DNA of 64,000 nucleotides from Candidatus Methanomethylicaceae archaeon GD_Cm_T35_P0_bin.15 (GCA_038801785.1 JAULTD010000003.1:218021-282020), one strand, 5' to 3'; positions 55,351 to 64,000 are shown, counted from the stretch's first letter. Notes: generated by a model from the sequence alone, not told the origin. Numbers and translations: made by a program.

Positions 55351-55713
55351 GTGATACGCTGCCCTGGCTACGACATCACCCCCATCGAGGTCAACGGGCT
55401 CTATACCTCCAACGTCAGGAAGAGCCCCCAGTCGGTCAGGGGTGAGACGGTGGAGGCTCTGATCGCCTTCCCTCTCTCTGAGGCGGATGTCTCTATCCTT
55501 GATGGGTGTTTTGAAGGGTCGCCGATCGGCGGGCTCATCTTCACACTCTCGATAGTCGGGGGTGTAGTAGACGAGGCGGGGATCCCAGGAAAGGAGCACA
55601 TCCACGCCCTGCGATGCAGGTTTGGCTTTGAGATCACCGGAGAGGAATGGGATCGGATGGGCAGGGACTGGAGGGGGAGGGGAAGGTTCTGCCCGACCGT
55701 AAGGAAGGAGTGA
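55351..55713 (+). CDS. Hypothetical protein; coding signal extends upstream without a canonical start
   Basis: GTG 55351 is the first canonical start, but the frame is open and protein-like with G/C-rich third positions back to 55135. An out-of-frame TTG at 55140 precedes a G5 run. Confidence 0.45.
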   Translation: MIRCPGYDITPIEVNGLYTSNVRKSPQSVRGETVEALIAFPLSEADVSILDGCFEGSPIGGLIFTLSIVGGVVDEAGIPGKEHIHALRCRFGFEITGEEWDRMGRDWRGRGRFCPTVRKE

Positions 55714-55801
55714 TCAGGATGGGACAATGACCGCGGAGATGGGGACAAAAAACAAAAAATCTGGACAGAGCCAACTACGAAACGAGCCCGCTAAGGCTTG
55801 T

Positions 55802-55954
55802 TTAGTATTTCTTGTGCTTCTGGTAGCATTCCCTACAATATACTGGTCGCCCCTCAGTAGGCTGGAAGGGAACTTCGGTCTCCTGCTGGCAGTCAGAGCA
55901 GACGGCCTTGTACATCTTCCGGGGCCCGCTGGAGCGGGGTCTTCCGAACGACAT
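55802..55954 (-). CDS. Small zinc-ribbon protein (2x CxxC, 50 aa)
   Basis: MSFGRPRSSGPRKMYKAVCSDCQQETEVPFQPTEGRPVYCRECYQKHKKY. Start ATG 55954 lies inside the longer track ORF. Confidence 0.65.
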   Translation of the reverse strand: MSFGRPRSSGPRKMYKAVCSDCQQETEVPFQPTEGRPVYCRECYQKHKKY

Positions 55955-56124
55955 TCTTTCTTGTTCTCCTTTTTTACTGGTAAAGACCTTGCGGATGCAA
56001 GTTCTCTCCGCCGTGAGATAGGACGGGGTTACATTATAAAGCTTTTCCCAGCGTCGGAAGCTACTCACCGGGCATCAGGTGGCGGACTCTGATCTTCAGG
56101 CGTCCATGAAAAAAAGGGAAGAGG

Positions 56125-56619
56125 TTAGGGGGGGAGCGGAACCTGCGGGGCAGTCTCTTGTGGCGGCGATGTCGGTGGCGGAGGCGGAGGCGGACCTCCC
56201 CTTCCTCTCCCGAAGAACGTCTTCACGTGCGGGCGCGTCAGGTAGTAGATAATGATGAGGTAAATTGCGATTGGCACAATGGCGCCCCAGCCCCCGGAGA
56301 GGAGGCCTGGGAGGCTTACGAGGATCCCTATTACGGCCAAGATGATAGTGAGCCACCAGGCCCACATCCTTCCGGCCCAGAGGCCCCAGCCGGCGAATAT
56401 CCCCACCAGACCGAATATTATGACGAGCAGCCCCAATCCGGTGAGGAGCACGCCAGCCAACAAGCCCATCCCAGGTATCTCGGTGATGAGTTCGAGGGGA
56501 AGTACTCCTACAACCCCCACGCCGATAAGGGCCAGACCCGCGAGAAGCATGAGGATAGCGGCTATGACCATCAGAACAGCTATGACAGCGACACCTAGAG
56601 GTCGATCTACCCTAGACAC
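56125..56619 (-). CDS. Polytopic membrane protein with poly-proline C-terminal tail
   Basis: Four hydrophobic helices rich in G/L/I/V and a tail GRGRGGPPPPPPPTSPPQE. GTG 56619 is preceded by GGTGA. The upstream part of the track ORF looks non-coding. Confidence 0.6.
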   Translation of the reverse strand: MSRVDRPLGVAVIAVLMVIAAILMLLAGLALIGVGVVGVLPLELITEIPGMGLLAGVLLTGLGLLVIIFGLVGIFAGWGLWAGRMWAWWLTIILAVIGILVSLPGLLSGGWGAIVPIAIYLIIIYYLTRPHVKTFFGRGRGGPPPPPPPTSPPQETAPQVPLPP

Positions 56620-56801
56620 GTTGTCACCATAAGATATACCCCCCGTGCGTATAAATCTCTGTTGCTCGGAAGCGGCACCCGGTGGCACGCTAGATGCGGG
56701 GAGGGGCGAGACGGGACCGGATCGACTCCGGCTGCTCCCACGGAGGCGCAGCTCCGTACGGAGGACGGGCGCTGCGAACCAATGCGATAAGATAAGCATA
56801 A

Positions 56802-57155
56802 ATGATTTTGGTTGGAGATAAACTTGGAGGATGTTTTTTGGCAGGGCCAAGGGTGGTTCCGTTCACCCCCGAAGTTGTGCGAGCCTGTCTCTGCGTCAGA
56901 TGCCCGGTGCAGGCACGGAGCAGGTGCGTGGGCGGCAAGGTGGAGAAGCTTGAGGTGGTGCTCGGGGCGATGGAAAGGGAGGGGGCGGCGGAGGGAGAGG
57001 TCCCGAAGGCATACTGCTCCCAGGGGACGGCAACGTGCCCGGACCTCGATTATAACGAGCCGTGTATCTGCCCGGGGTGCCCTATATTCAGCAGGTACGA
57101 CCTCGGAGGGAAGATGCCCGCACTCTATTACTGCCGGAAGGGAGGGGCGAAGTAG
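56802..57155 (+). CDS. DUF2769-like cysteine-rich protein (start uncertain)
   Basis: Two C-x-C-x2-CP modules (CLCVRCPVQ, CICPGCPIF) plus YCSQGTATC and YYCRKG match my recollection of DUF2769. Confidence 0.65.
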   Translation: MILVGDKLGGCFLAGPRVVPFTPEVVRACLCVRCPVQARSRCVGGKVEKLEVVLGAMEREGAAEGEVPKAYCSQGTATCPDLDYNEPCICPGCPIFSRYDLGGKMPALYYCRKGGAK

Positions 57156-57197
57156 GTTGGGTGCTGCTCTGGCGGCGCGACACGCCGAAGAGATAAA

Positions 57198-59012
57198 TTG
57201 GTATGGGGTGGTGGGGTGGTGACGGCGAGGTACAGGTGCACGGTCTGCAACTATATCTATGATGAGGGAAGGGAGGGGACGAGGTTCCAAGACCTCCCCG
57301 GCTCCTGGAGGTGCCCGGTCTGCGGTGCAACAAAGAGCGCATTCATCTTGCTTCCTGCGAAACCTGGGGAGGGGGAGAAGACTACGGCGGTGGAGACGAC
57401 GGTCTCGGACGTCCTGATCGAGCAGATGAGTGAGTGGGGGGTCGAGTATGTCTTCGGGATACCGGGAACGTCGTCCTTGGGGGTGGTAGACGCGATAAGG
57501 AGGAGCGGGAAGGTCAAGTACGTCCTGGTGAGGCACGAGCAGACCGCCGCGTTCATGGCATCCGCTTACGGCAAGATCACGGGCGGCGTGGCCGCATGCC
57601 TCACCATAGCTGGCCCGGGGGCCACCAATCTAGCGACCGGCCTCTTCGACGCCAAGCTTGACCGCGCCCCGGTCCTGGCGCTCACGGGTCAGGTGGGGCG
57701 GAAGCACATCGGCACAGGCGCCCCGCAGGAGATCGACCAGCAGAGCTTCTTCGACTCGATCTCGGTCTATAACAAGGTGCTGATGTCCAAGGAGCAGACG
57801 GTTAGCCTCGTCACCCTCGCGTTGAAGAGCGCCCTCGTGGGGAGGGGGGTCGCGCACATCGCCATACCGAACGACGTGCAGAAGGAGCCCTGCAGGGCGA
57901 GGATAATACCCTTCAGGGGGAGCCTGCCGGAGACGGCGCTGACGCAGAGCCAGAAAATGATAGAGAGGGGGGCTTCGCTGGTGGACGGCGCGAGCAGGCC
58001 GGTGATAGTCGCAGGGTTCGGTGCGATGGGGCAGGGGGAGGAGGTGCTCGCGCTGGCTAAGAAGATAACCGCGCCGATCGTCACTACTTTCAGGGCGAAG
58101 GGGATCGTCGACGAGGGAGAGGAGCTCTCTGTCGGGAGCCATGGGGGGATAGGGTCTACTGCCGCGACAGAGCTTGTGAGGGCGGCAGACCTGATGATCG
58201 TGATAGGGGCGTCGTTCTCGAGTCTTACCATGCTTCCGGAGAAGCGGACGCTGCAGATAGACATAGATCCGATGATGATAGGCAGAAGGTACCCAGTGGA
58301 ATTAGGACTCTGGGGGAACAGCTCGGAGCTGGTGCCGAGGCTGAGGGAGGCGGTGAGCGGGAGGAGTGACGCCGCGTACCTAGAGGAGATACGGCGTCTC
58401 AAGAAGGAGTGGGAAGAGCTACTGGCGGGAGAGGTGGACGCCGTGAGCAGGCCGTTGAGACCGCAATACATCATCAGGGTCCTGAACGAGAAGATCGCGC
58501 CCGACGCCGTGATCTCCCTCGACGTTGGCGAGCACTGCTGGTGGTTCGGCAGGAACTTTGCGATGAGGGGGACGCAGAAGATGATCCTCTCCGGGCTACT
58601 GGGATCGATGGGGAGCGGGCTGCCGGGGTCCATGGCGGCCCACCTCGCGTTGCCTAGGAGGCAGAACGTCTGCATAACGGGCGACGGGGGGTTCGCGATG
58701 GTCATGAGCGACTTCCTGACGGTCGTGAGGGACGGGATGCCGATCAAGGTCTTCATATTCAACAACCGCCAGCTCGGGATGATTACGCAGGAACAGTTCA
58801 TAGAGAAGTATCCAATCTGGCAGACTGAACTCCACAATCCGGACTTTGCAGAGTACGCCAGGATCTGCGGAGGGCACGGGATAAAGGTGACGGAACCCGG
58901 CGATCTGCCGGCAGCGGTGGACGAGGCGCTATCCTTTGAGGGCGCGGTGATAGTCGACATAGACACCGACCCCAAGAGGTTCACAAAGCCTTCGGCGGAG
59001 CGGATCCCCTAG
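57198..59012 (+). CDS. Rubredoxin domain fused to a thiamine-diphosphate enzyme (pyruvate oxidase / acetolactate synthase family)
   Basis: N-terminus [12 protein letters not shown]...[10 protein letters not shown] (rubredoxin CxxC x2), then TPP N-domain (GIPGTSSL), central domain, and the GDGGF...NN TPP-binding motif. Confidence 0.85.
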   Translation: MVWGGGVVTARYRCTVCNYIYDEGREGTRFQDLPGSWRCPVCGATKSAFILLPAKPGEGEKTTAVETTVSDVLIEQMSEWGVEYVFGIPGTSSLGVVDAIRRSGKVKYVLVRHEQTAAFMASAYGKITGGVAACLTIAGPGATNLATGLFDAKLDRAPVLALTGQVGRKHIGTGAPQEIDQQSFFDSISVYNKVLMSKEQTVSLVTLALKSALVGRGVAHIAIPNDVQKEPCRARIIPFRGSLPETALTQSQKMIERGASLVDGASRPVIVAGFGAMGQGEEVLALAKKITAPIVTTFRAKGIVDEGEELSVGSHGGIGSTAATELVRAADLMIVIGASFSSLTMLPEKRTLQIDIDPMMIGRRYPVELGLWGNSSELVPRLREAVSGRSDAAYLEEIRRLKKEWEELLAGEVDAVSRPLRPQYIIRVLNEKIAPDAVISLDVGEHCWWFGRNFAMRGTQKMILSGLLGSMGSGLPGSMAAHLALPRRQNVCITGDGGFAMVMSDFLTVVRDGMPIKVFIFNNRQLGMITQEQFIEKYPIWQTELHNPDFAEYARICGGHGIKVTEPGDLPAAVDEALSFEGAVIVDIDTDPKRFTKPSAERIP

Positions 59013-59071
59013 CCCTGCCGCTTTAGAAGGCTTAATTACGGGGCGCCACCGTTTATCAAGCGGAGAGCGCT

Positions 59072-59764
59072 ATGACCTCAAAAGCGAAGCGGAGGGCGGC
59101 TGAGGCGGCCCTTGGGGAGGTGAGGGACGGTCAGATCCTCGGGATAGGGACCGGCTCGACCGTCGCGATCTTCATAGAACTTCTCGGCGAGAGGGTGAAG
59201 AAGGAAGGGCTGAGGGTCTTGGGGGTGCCCACCTCGTACCAGTCGGCTTACCTGGCAGCAGCGAACGGCATCCAGCTGACGACCCTCGACGAGCATCCGG
59301 ACCTAGACTTGGCGGTCGACGGGGCCGACGAGGTTGACGGGGATCTGAACCTCATCAAGGGCGGGGGGGCGGCGCTGACGAGGGAGAAGATAGTCGACTC
59401 CGCCGCAGAGAGGTTCGTGGTGGTCGCGGACAGGTCGAAGATCGTAAAGGTGCTGGGCGAGAAGATGCCGGTCCCGATCGAGGTCCTCCCGGTAGCCAGG
59501 AGGACGGCGATGAGGAGGATCGAACTGCTGGGCGGCGAACCGAGGCTGAGGGACGGGGGGGACAGGAAGGACGGCCCGCTTGTGACGGACAACGGCAACT
59601 TCATAGTGGACGCGAAGTTCGGGCCGATAAATGACTGCAGGGCCCTGGAGGCGCAGCTGAAGAGCATACCTGGCGTAGTCGAGGACGGGCTCTTCATAAG
59701 CATGGCGCAGACGGCGTTCATCGGGGGGGAGGGGGGGGTGGAGAGGATCGACCGGAGACGGTGA
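59072..59764 (+). CDS. rpiA: Ribose-5-phosphate isomerase A
   Basis: Contains LGIGTGSTV, DGADEVD, LIKGGGAALTREKIV and ENGNF-like DNGNFI. Confidence 0.92.
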   Translation: MTSKAKRRAAEAALGEVRDGQILGIGTGSTVAIFIELLGERVKKEGLRVLGVPTSYQSAYLAAANGIQLTTLDEHPDLDLAVDGADEVDGDLNLIKGGGAALTREKIVDSAAERFVVVADRSKIVKVLGEKMPVPIEVLPVARRTAMRRIELLGGEPRLRDGGDRKDGPLVTDNGNFIVDAKFGPINDCRALEAQLKSIPGVVEDGLFISMAQTAFIGGEGGVERIDRRR

Positions 59765-60047
59765 CGGCACGGTAAGGATGGTGCCGGGGGTAGCACCACA
59801 CCGCCGTTTGCCCCGCGATTCACGCTTTACGTCTTTCTGCCAATCTATCAATCTACCAATCAAGCATCGCCGCCAATGGCGGCTGAAGGTGTCCGCGGGC
59901 GTCTTGACAAAATGTAGCACATCGTTCCACTTCTCCGCTTGCCCTTCCTTGCAAGAACCGCCTCAGGACGAGGGCTTCTGTCAGAGCCCCTCCATTTGAG
60001 ACCGGGGGCGTCGTCCATGAAAATTCTGGGGGGTCTGCAATGAGCGG

Positions 60048-61232
60048 TCAACATTCCGATAGGCGCGGCCCAATTTTAGCCAATGCTGCAATAGCGCCCA
60101 ACTGCATTACCAATGCAAACAATGCCATAACTACAGCAGAGTATCCTTGATTTATCATAAATCCGAAGACTGCTCCACTGAGTAGAGTTCCGAGACCCAG
60201 CATGGTGTTGAAAACGCCGTATGCTATACCCCTCTTGCAGAGGGGTGCAAGGTTACATATAGATGCCCTATAGATTGATTCCTGCATCCCGAGCACGAGT
60301 CCGAACAACACGCATGCGATAATAATTCCGTTTAACCCTCCAAAAGACACGAAAAACGCGGGAAATATCGAAAGTATGAAAGGCAATGCGAGAATTTTCA
60401 GGCCCATCTTGTCAAACAGGTGCCCCGAGACCAACGCCATTGGTACATCCACAATTTGAACAACCGCGTAAAGAACTGGTACAAGCCATTGCTGTCCTAT
60501 CGGCTGGAGTATTGACGAGCCGGAGAAGAGAATCAGTGCCACGGGGACAAGTCCAAGAGTGTTCAGAAGAATGGCGGCGCAGTAAATCCAAAACCCCCTG
60601 TCAAGCGAGCCTTTGCCGGACTTCACGTTCTCAGTCTCGGCCTTTACGATGTTGCCGACTTTCCTGTAGGCGTATGCAAGCGCAATAATCATGAGGACAA
60701 ACGGGATTAGAAGCACCTTGAAAGCGGCCGGATAGCTGTTGGCAGTATATAGCATTATGCCGCCAAATAGGAGCGGCCCGATTATTGCGCCGACCTGGTC
60801 AACCGCTTCATGTATTCCGAATGCCTTGCCGGTCCCCACATCCTTGCCGACTATAGAAACCACCGTGTCTCTCGACGGGGACCTTAGCGCCTTGCCAACG
60901 CGCTCAAGAACCAGTAGAGCAATCACTGCGCCTATGCTGCGGGTAAAACCGATAAGCGGTATGGCGGCGATAAGGCCGTATCCGATGAAAATAAATGCCC
61001 AGTATTTGCGGCTTCTGTCGGCAAGACTCCCGCTGACCAGTCTGGCCGCGTAGCCTATGAATTCTCCAAGGCCGCTGACAACGCCGACAACAAGAGCCGA
61101 AGCGCCGATAAAGAGAAGATAGTCGGGAGCGGCGCCCCTTCCGGACTCGTAGGCGATGTCGCCCAGCATGCTGACTATGCCCATCGCTATTATGGCTACA
61201 TACGCGCTCTTTTTCGAAATCTTTGCGGCCAT
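60048..61232 (-). CDS. MFS transporter
   Basis: 394 aa, about 12 TM helices, with a loop 2-3 motif region (GSLADRSRKY). Confidence 0.8.
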   Translation of the reverse strand: MAAKISKKSAYVAIIAMGIVSMLGDIAYESGRGAAPDYLLFIGASALVVGVVSGLGEFIGYAARLVSGSLADRSRKYWAFIFIGYGLIAAIPLIGFTRSIGAVIALLVLERVGKALRSPSRDTVVSIVGKDVGTGKAFGIHEAVDQVGAIIGPLLFGGIMLYTANSYPAAFKVLLIPFVLMIIALAYAYRKVGNIVKAETENVKSGKGSLDRGFWIYCAAILLNTLGLVPVALILFSGSSILQPIGQQWLVPVLYAVVQIVDVPMALVSGHLFDKMGLKILALPFILSIFPAFFVSFGGLNGIIIACVLFGLVLGMQESIYRASICNLAPLCKRGIAYGVFNTMLGLGTLLSGAVFGFMINQGYSAVVMALFALVMQLGAIAALAKIGPRLSEC

Positions 61233-61570
61233 GTGCTTCCCTGTGTGCTAATATTGTTAATTTTTGTGGTATTTAACAGGCGGCTTCACGGGAGGCTGGC
61301 CTTAGATTTTCTGACGCATGACTGTCAATAGCCTTTTGGATTTTTCAGAAAACTGGCTTCAGACGGGGATTTACGGTTGCGATACTGTTCCCGCACAGGC
61401 TGTTGCAGTACGACTTATTCATCCATAACTTACCGGATAGAGCAGATCCGAGATCCATAAACGCGACGGCATATCGAGAAGTTAAATCGGAAAATAGGGC
61501 AGAGAGATCGGCATTTGTAGCTCCCAAATAGCGAAAAAGGAGACCAACGGGGGCGCATTTCGGGATTGGA

Positions 61571-61684
61571 TGGTGCCGGGGGCGGGCTTCGAACCCGCGA
61601 TCTCCGGATGTCCCATCGGCGAGCGCCATTGTCCCTCCGCAAGATTATGAGTCCGGCGCTCTAACCAGGCTGAGCCACCCCGGC
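61571..61684 (-). tRNA. tRNA-Met/Ile2 (CAU) with ~36-nt canonical intron, CCA encoded
   Basis: Reverse complement reads GCCGGGG-TG-GCTCAGCCTGGTTAGAGC-G-CCGGA-CTCATA[36 nt]A-TCCGG-AGATC-GCGGG-TTCGAAG-CCCGC-CCCCGGC-A-CCA. It is not initiator-like. Confidence 0.85.
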
Positions 61685-61708
61685 GACGGGGATACTAGAA
61701 CACATGCG

Positions 61709-61719
61709 AATATTTTAAC
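61709..61719 (-). promoter_or_regulatory. TATA-like box upstream of tRNA-Met
   Basis: On the minus strand GTTAAAATATT lies 25-35 nt upstream of tRNA position 1. Confidence 0.45.
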
Positions 61720-61949
61720 CCTTCCGAGAAGGGGCCTTCCTGGACTCCAGGATGATGGTGGGGCTGCCCCCCTTGGACGCGGACATCACACCTGCATCCG
61801 TGCTTACAGCAGTGCCGCCCTTCCTCCCCGCTCCCCGCTCCCACTTGCTTCCCTATGCATTCGGGTATAGAACCCATATATCGCGCAGTCGGAGTTGCCC
61901 GTAATGTCTTAGCCTGTCTATAGGCGCAAAGCGGCTAAGGTGATCAACG

Positions 61950-62005
61950 GCAGGGATAGAACCGCAGGGATAGAACCGCAGGGATAGAACCGCAGGGATA
62001 GAACC
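61950..62005. repeat. Tandem repeat, 4 perfect copies of 14-bp GCAGGGATAGAACC
   Basis: Copies at 61950-61963, 61964-61977, 61978-61991 and 61992-62005, followed by the partial AACCGCAGAG. Confidence 0.9.
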
Positions 62006-62035
62006 AACCGCAGAGCTTACAGAACCACTGGTGGA

Positions 62036-62048
62036 AAAAGATTTATTC
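62036..62048 (+). promoter_or_regulatory. TATA-like box upstream of tRNA-Thr(UGU)
   Basis: AAAAGATTTATTC is centred about 32 nt upstream of tRNA position 1. Confidence 0.45.
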
Positions 62049-62075
62049 GGAGGCTTCAATTAGGAACGAGGCAGT

Positions 62076-62152
62076 GCCCCAGTAGCTCAGCCCGGCAGAG
62101 CGACGGTTTTGTAAACCGTTGGCCAGGGGTTCAAACCCCCTCTGGGGCTCCA
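62076..62152 (+). tRNA. tRNA-Thr(UGU), CCA encoded
   Basis: GCCCCAG-TA-GCTC-AGCCCGGC-AGAGC-G-ACGGT-TTTGTAA-ACCGT-TGGCC-AGGGG-TTCAAAC-CCCCT-CTGGGGC-T-CCA. Confidence 0.92.
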
Positions 62153-62306
62153 GGGACCTTTTACTTGGAGGGGGGAGCCTAAAAGTGGAAATTTCAGAGG
62201 CGCCATCCCGACCGGTCTAACCGGGGCGTTCTAGACCTGCGAACACAATCGTACTAATGTATAGCATTATTTTTCGGCAAATAGACTTGGTACTTTGTGA
62301 TAAGAG

Positions 62307-62894
62307 TTGAAGGCGAATATTACCATAGCTCTATGCGCCGTGATAGCTGCCGGGGCGTTTGCAACATGGTATTTCCAGACCTATTGGACCCCCCAGATGC
62401 TGGCGGAAGACTTTGAGAGCGGATTCGGGGAGTGGATCGCGGACTCGGAGGTGCCTTCTGATCCAAACAATCCCGGTCAATTTATCGAGTGGAACATAAC
62501 GCGCTCAACCGACGTTGCCAGTTCCGGGAGGTATTCTTTAAAACTATTCATTGATGGGCGGCAGGACGACGGAACCATCTGGATTGAGAGGAGGTTACCG
62601 GTGAAAAGAGATGCACAACAGGTAAATCTCACCTTTGACTTCTACAGCGAGTTTGAGAGCTTCAACACAATTGCAGCAGTCTGTGCTTATGCTGGCCATG
62701 GCAACCCCGAGCATGAGGGGGATTTCATAGTCCTGGGGCCTGCTAACGAGGTTGCAGGGTGGAAGAGATACGGCCTTGTGGTGGACATCGACAGCGAATC
62801 GTCTGAAGAGCTGTGGGTCGCGGCAGGGATCTCGGTACGCTGGGAGACGTATATGACGTACTATATCGACAACATCACAGTGGAACTCATCTGA
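62307..62894 (+). CDS. Membrane-anchored hypothetical protein with jelly-roll/CBM-like ectodomain
   Basis: TTG start, N-terminal anchor ITIALCAVIAAGAFATWYF, and a beta-rich domain. G+C is visibly lower than in neighbours. Confidence 0.5.
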   Translation: MKANITIALCAVIAAGAFATWYFQTYWTPQMLAEDFESGFGEWIADSEVPSDPNNPGQFIEWNITRSTDVASSGRYSLKLFIDGRQDDGTIWIERRLPVKRDAQQVNLTFDFYSEFESFNTIAAVCAYAGHGNPEHEGDFIVLGPANEVAGWKRYGLVVDIDSESSEELWVAAGISVRWETYMTYYIDNITVELI

Positions 62895-63134
62895 GTTGCC
62901 TCCCGACGCAGTTTCCCAGCCTAAACCCGCAAATAGTATTTTCATCTTATTCAGAAGCCCGTCTTGGCAGAGCATAGTCCATCAAGGCGATCTGGTATCG
63001 CTGGTTGCCCGCACTAAACCCTGCTCGAGTTGCGCGCTAAACCGTTGAAAATAGCTGACGATCATGTTCAATCTTAGGGCATAGCGATACAGGGCATAGC
63101 GATTATTGGCGGGACCGAGTCTTGGTTAATTGGA

Positions 63135-63536
63135 TCAATCGCTGCGCACGCAGTACTCCTCTGGGATTATGTGGAGCGTCTTCTTGTAGCTGTAGACCAT
63201 CTTGGATCGGTCGTCCCCCGCGAGCTCGAATCTGTCGCTCATGGTAATCACCTTCTTGGGGCAGATGTCCGCGCACTCGCCGCAGAATATGCAGCGGTCC
63301 AGCCGGAACTCTATCCCGGCATCAGGCCCCTTGGGGGTCATCTTGATCGCTGCCGGCGGGCACGTGGTCTGGCAGAGGATGCAGAGGATGCAGTTCTCCA
63401 TGCTCCAGACCGGGATCCCTCTCAGTCCGGACGGCACCGTCGGCTTCTCGAACGGGTACCTCAGGGTAGACGGCTTGCTGAAGAGGCGCTTTGATGCTTC
63501 CCTGGCGATGCTCACGGTCCTACCTCCCGATTCCAA
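63135..63536 (-). CDS. 2x[4Fe-4S] ferredoxin subunit, NuoI/MbhN-like
   Basis: CILCILCQTTCP and CIFCGECADICP cluster motifs in 133 aa. Overlaps the upstream NuoH-like gene by 17 nt and is the last gene of its operon. Confidence 0.85.
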   Translation of the reverse strand: MESGGRTVSIAREASKRLFSKPSTLRYPFEKPTVPSGLRGIPVWSMENCILCILCQTTCPPAAIKMTPKGPDAGIEFRLDRCIFCGECADICPKKVITMSDRFELAGDDRSKMVYSYKKTLHIIPEEYCVRSD

Positions 63537-64000
63537 ACTGTATCAGTACGATCTGCAGGATGGCCAGCGGCAGCAGGTATGTCCACATCCCGGAGACCAT
63601 CTGGTCTATGCGGAAGCGCGCGAAGAGGGCTCTAGCGAAGGAGAGGAGGGCGAGGACGGCCACCGATTTGATGAGGAACCCGGCCACGGGCGGAAGGAAT
63701 CCCAGCTGCTGCGGGCCCCCGAGGTAGAGCGCCGCCACCAGGGCCGAGACCAAGACTGTCTCGAGATCCTTCCCCAGACGGAAGAGCGCCAGCCTCCTCC
63801 CGCCGAACTCCGTCTGCCACCCCGCGACGATCTCGGTCTCTGCCTCGGGGATGTCGAAGGGGACGTACTCGAGCTCCGCGAGTATGCATATCATGATAAC
63901 CGCGAAGCCGATGGGCTGGAGCCATATCCCCCACCAGTTCCCGGACTGCCACCGGACTATCTCGGAGATGGAGAGGCTCTGCGCGGCTATCGCCATACCG
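63520..64000 (-). CDS. NuoH/MbhM-like membrane subunit (5' part outside the window)
   Basis: LAELEYVPFDIPEAETEIVAGWQTEFGGRRLALF is the NuoH/HycD family signature. The frame remains open to the window edge. Confidence 0.85.
   Translation of the reverse strand, partial: GMAIAAQSLSISEIVRWQSGNWWGIWLQPIGFAVIMICILAELEYVPFDIPEAETEIVAGWQTEFGGRRLALFRLGKDLETVLVSALVAALYLGGPQQLGFLPPVAGFLIKSVAVLALLSFARALFARFRIDQMVSGMWTYLLPLAILQIVLIQFGIGR

Noticed and set aside
56607-58984. 309-aa and 405-aa minus-strand ORFs (56607-57536, 57767-58984)
   Set aside because: They are antisense to the DUF2769-like and rubredoxin-TPP genes. They are S/P/R-rich low-complexity translations with no motifs; the sense frames carry unambiguous family signatures.
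61950-62005. Possible CRISPR array
   Set aside because: The repeats are 14 bp and directly abutting with no spacers, and no cas genes are nearby. This is a tandem repeat, not CRISPR.
63037-63046. 10-nt match (TAAACCGTTG) to the tRNA-Thr anticodon-stem region as a decayed att site
   Set aside because: Too short. A 10-mer match somewhere in a 64-kb window on two strands is not far from chance expectation, and the flanks show no further similarity.

Overview
High-G+C archaeal chromosomal window. Archaeal hallmarks: glycerol-1-phosphate dehydrogenase, aCPSF1, LSm-L37e pair, two proteasome beta subunits, SepRS, diphthine synthase, intron-bearing tRNAs. A Thermoplasmata/Methanomassiliicoccales-like origin is only a guess from gene content. 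I call about 65 protein genes and 5 tRNAs; all 5 encode CCA and 3 carry introns. Most of the window is housekeeping: hypCD, NMNAT, Ogt, RtcA, Nog1-type GTPase, an RbkR/RibL flavin cluster, a complete trpEGDCFBA operon, UppP, ThiL, RpiA, a hybrid MEDS-PAS histidine kinase, and the end of an Mbh/Nuo-like membrane complex. The main finding is a ~9.9 kb integrated element (39607-49490) in the 3' half of tRNA-Thr(CGU), bounded by perfect 47-bp direct repeats. Its integrase appears split by integration, as in SSV-type elements. The N-terminal ORF at the right end (49305) reads through the att core in frame with the sequence after attL and into the catalytic ORF at the left end, giving one ~356-codon gene in the excised form. 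The cargo is visibly lower in G+C. It encodes a three-gene secreted-protein operon (one protein has an amphipathic beta-hairpin like those of beta-pore-forming toxins), two paralogous membrane-tethered ArsR-type wHTH proteins with shared promoter-proximal motifs, a deoxyhypusine synthase homolog, and a chimeric ORF carrying a diverged copy of the 3' end of the NuoI/MbhN-like ferredoxin gene found 14 kb away. Other items: a rubredoxin-TPP enzyme fusion, two reading-frame breaks at G homopolymers, a non-canonical intron position in tRNA-Lys, a 4x14-bp tandem repeat between tRNA genes, and a hairpin-rich candidate ncRNA locus. Many long antisense ORFs in the track are G+C-driven shadow ORFs and were not called.
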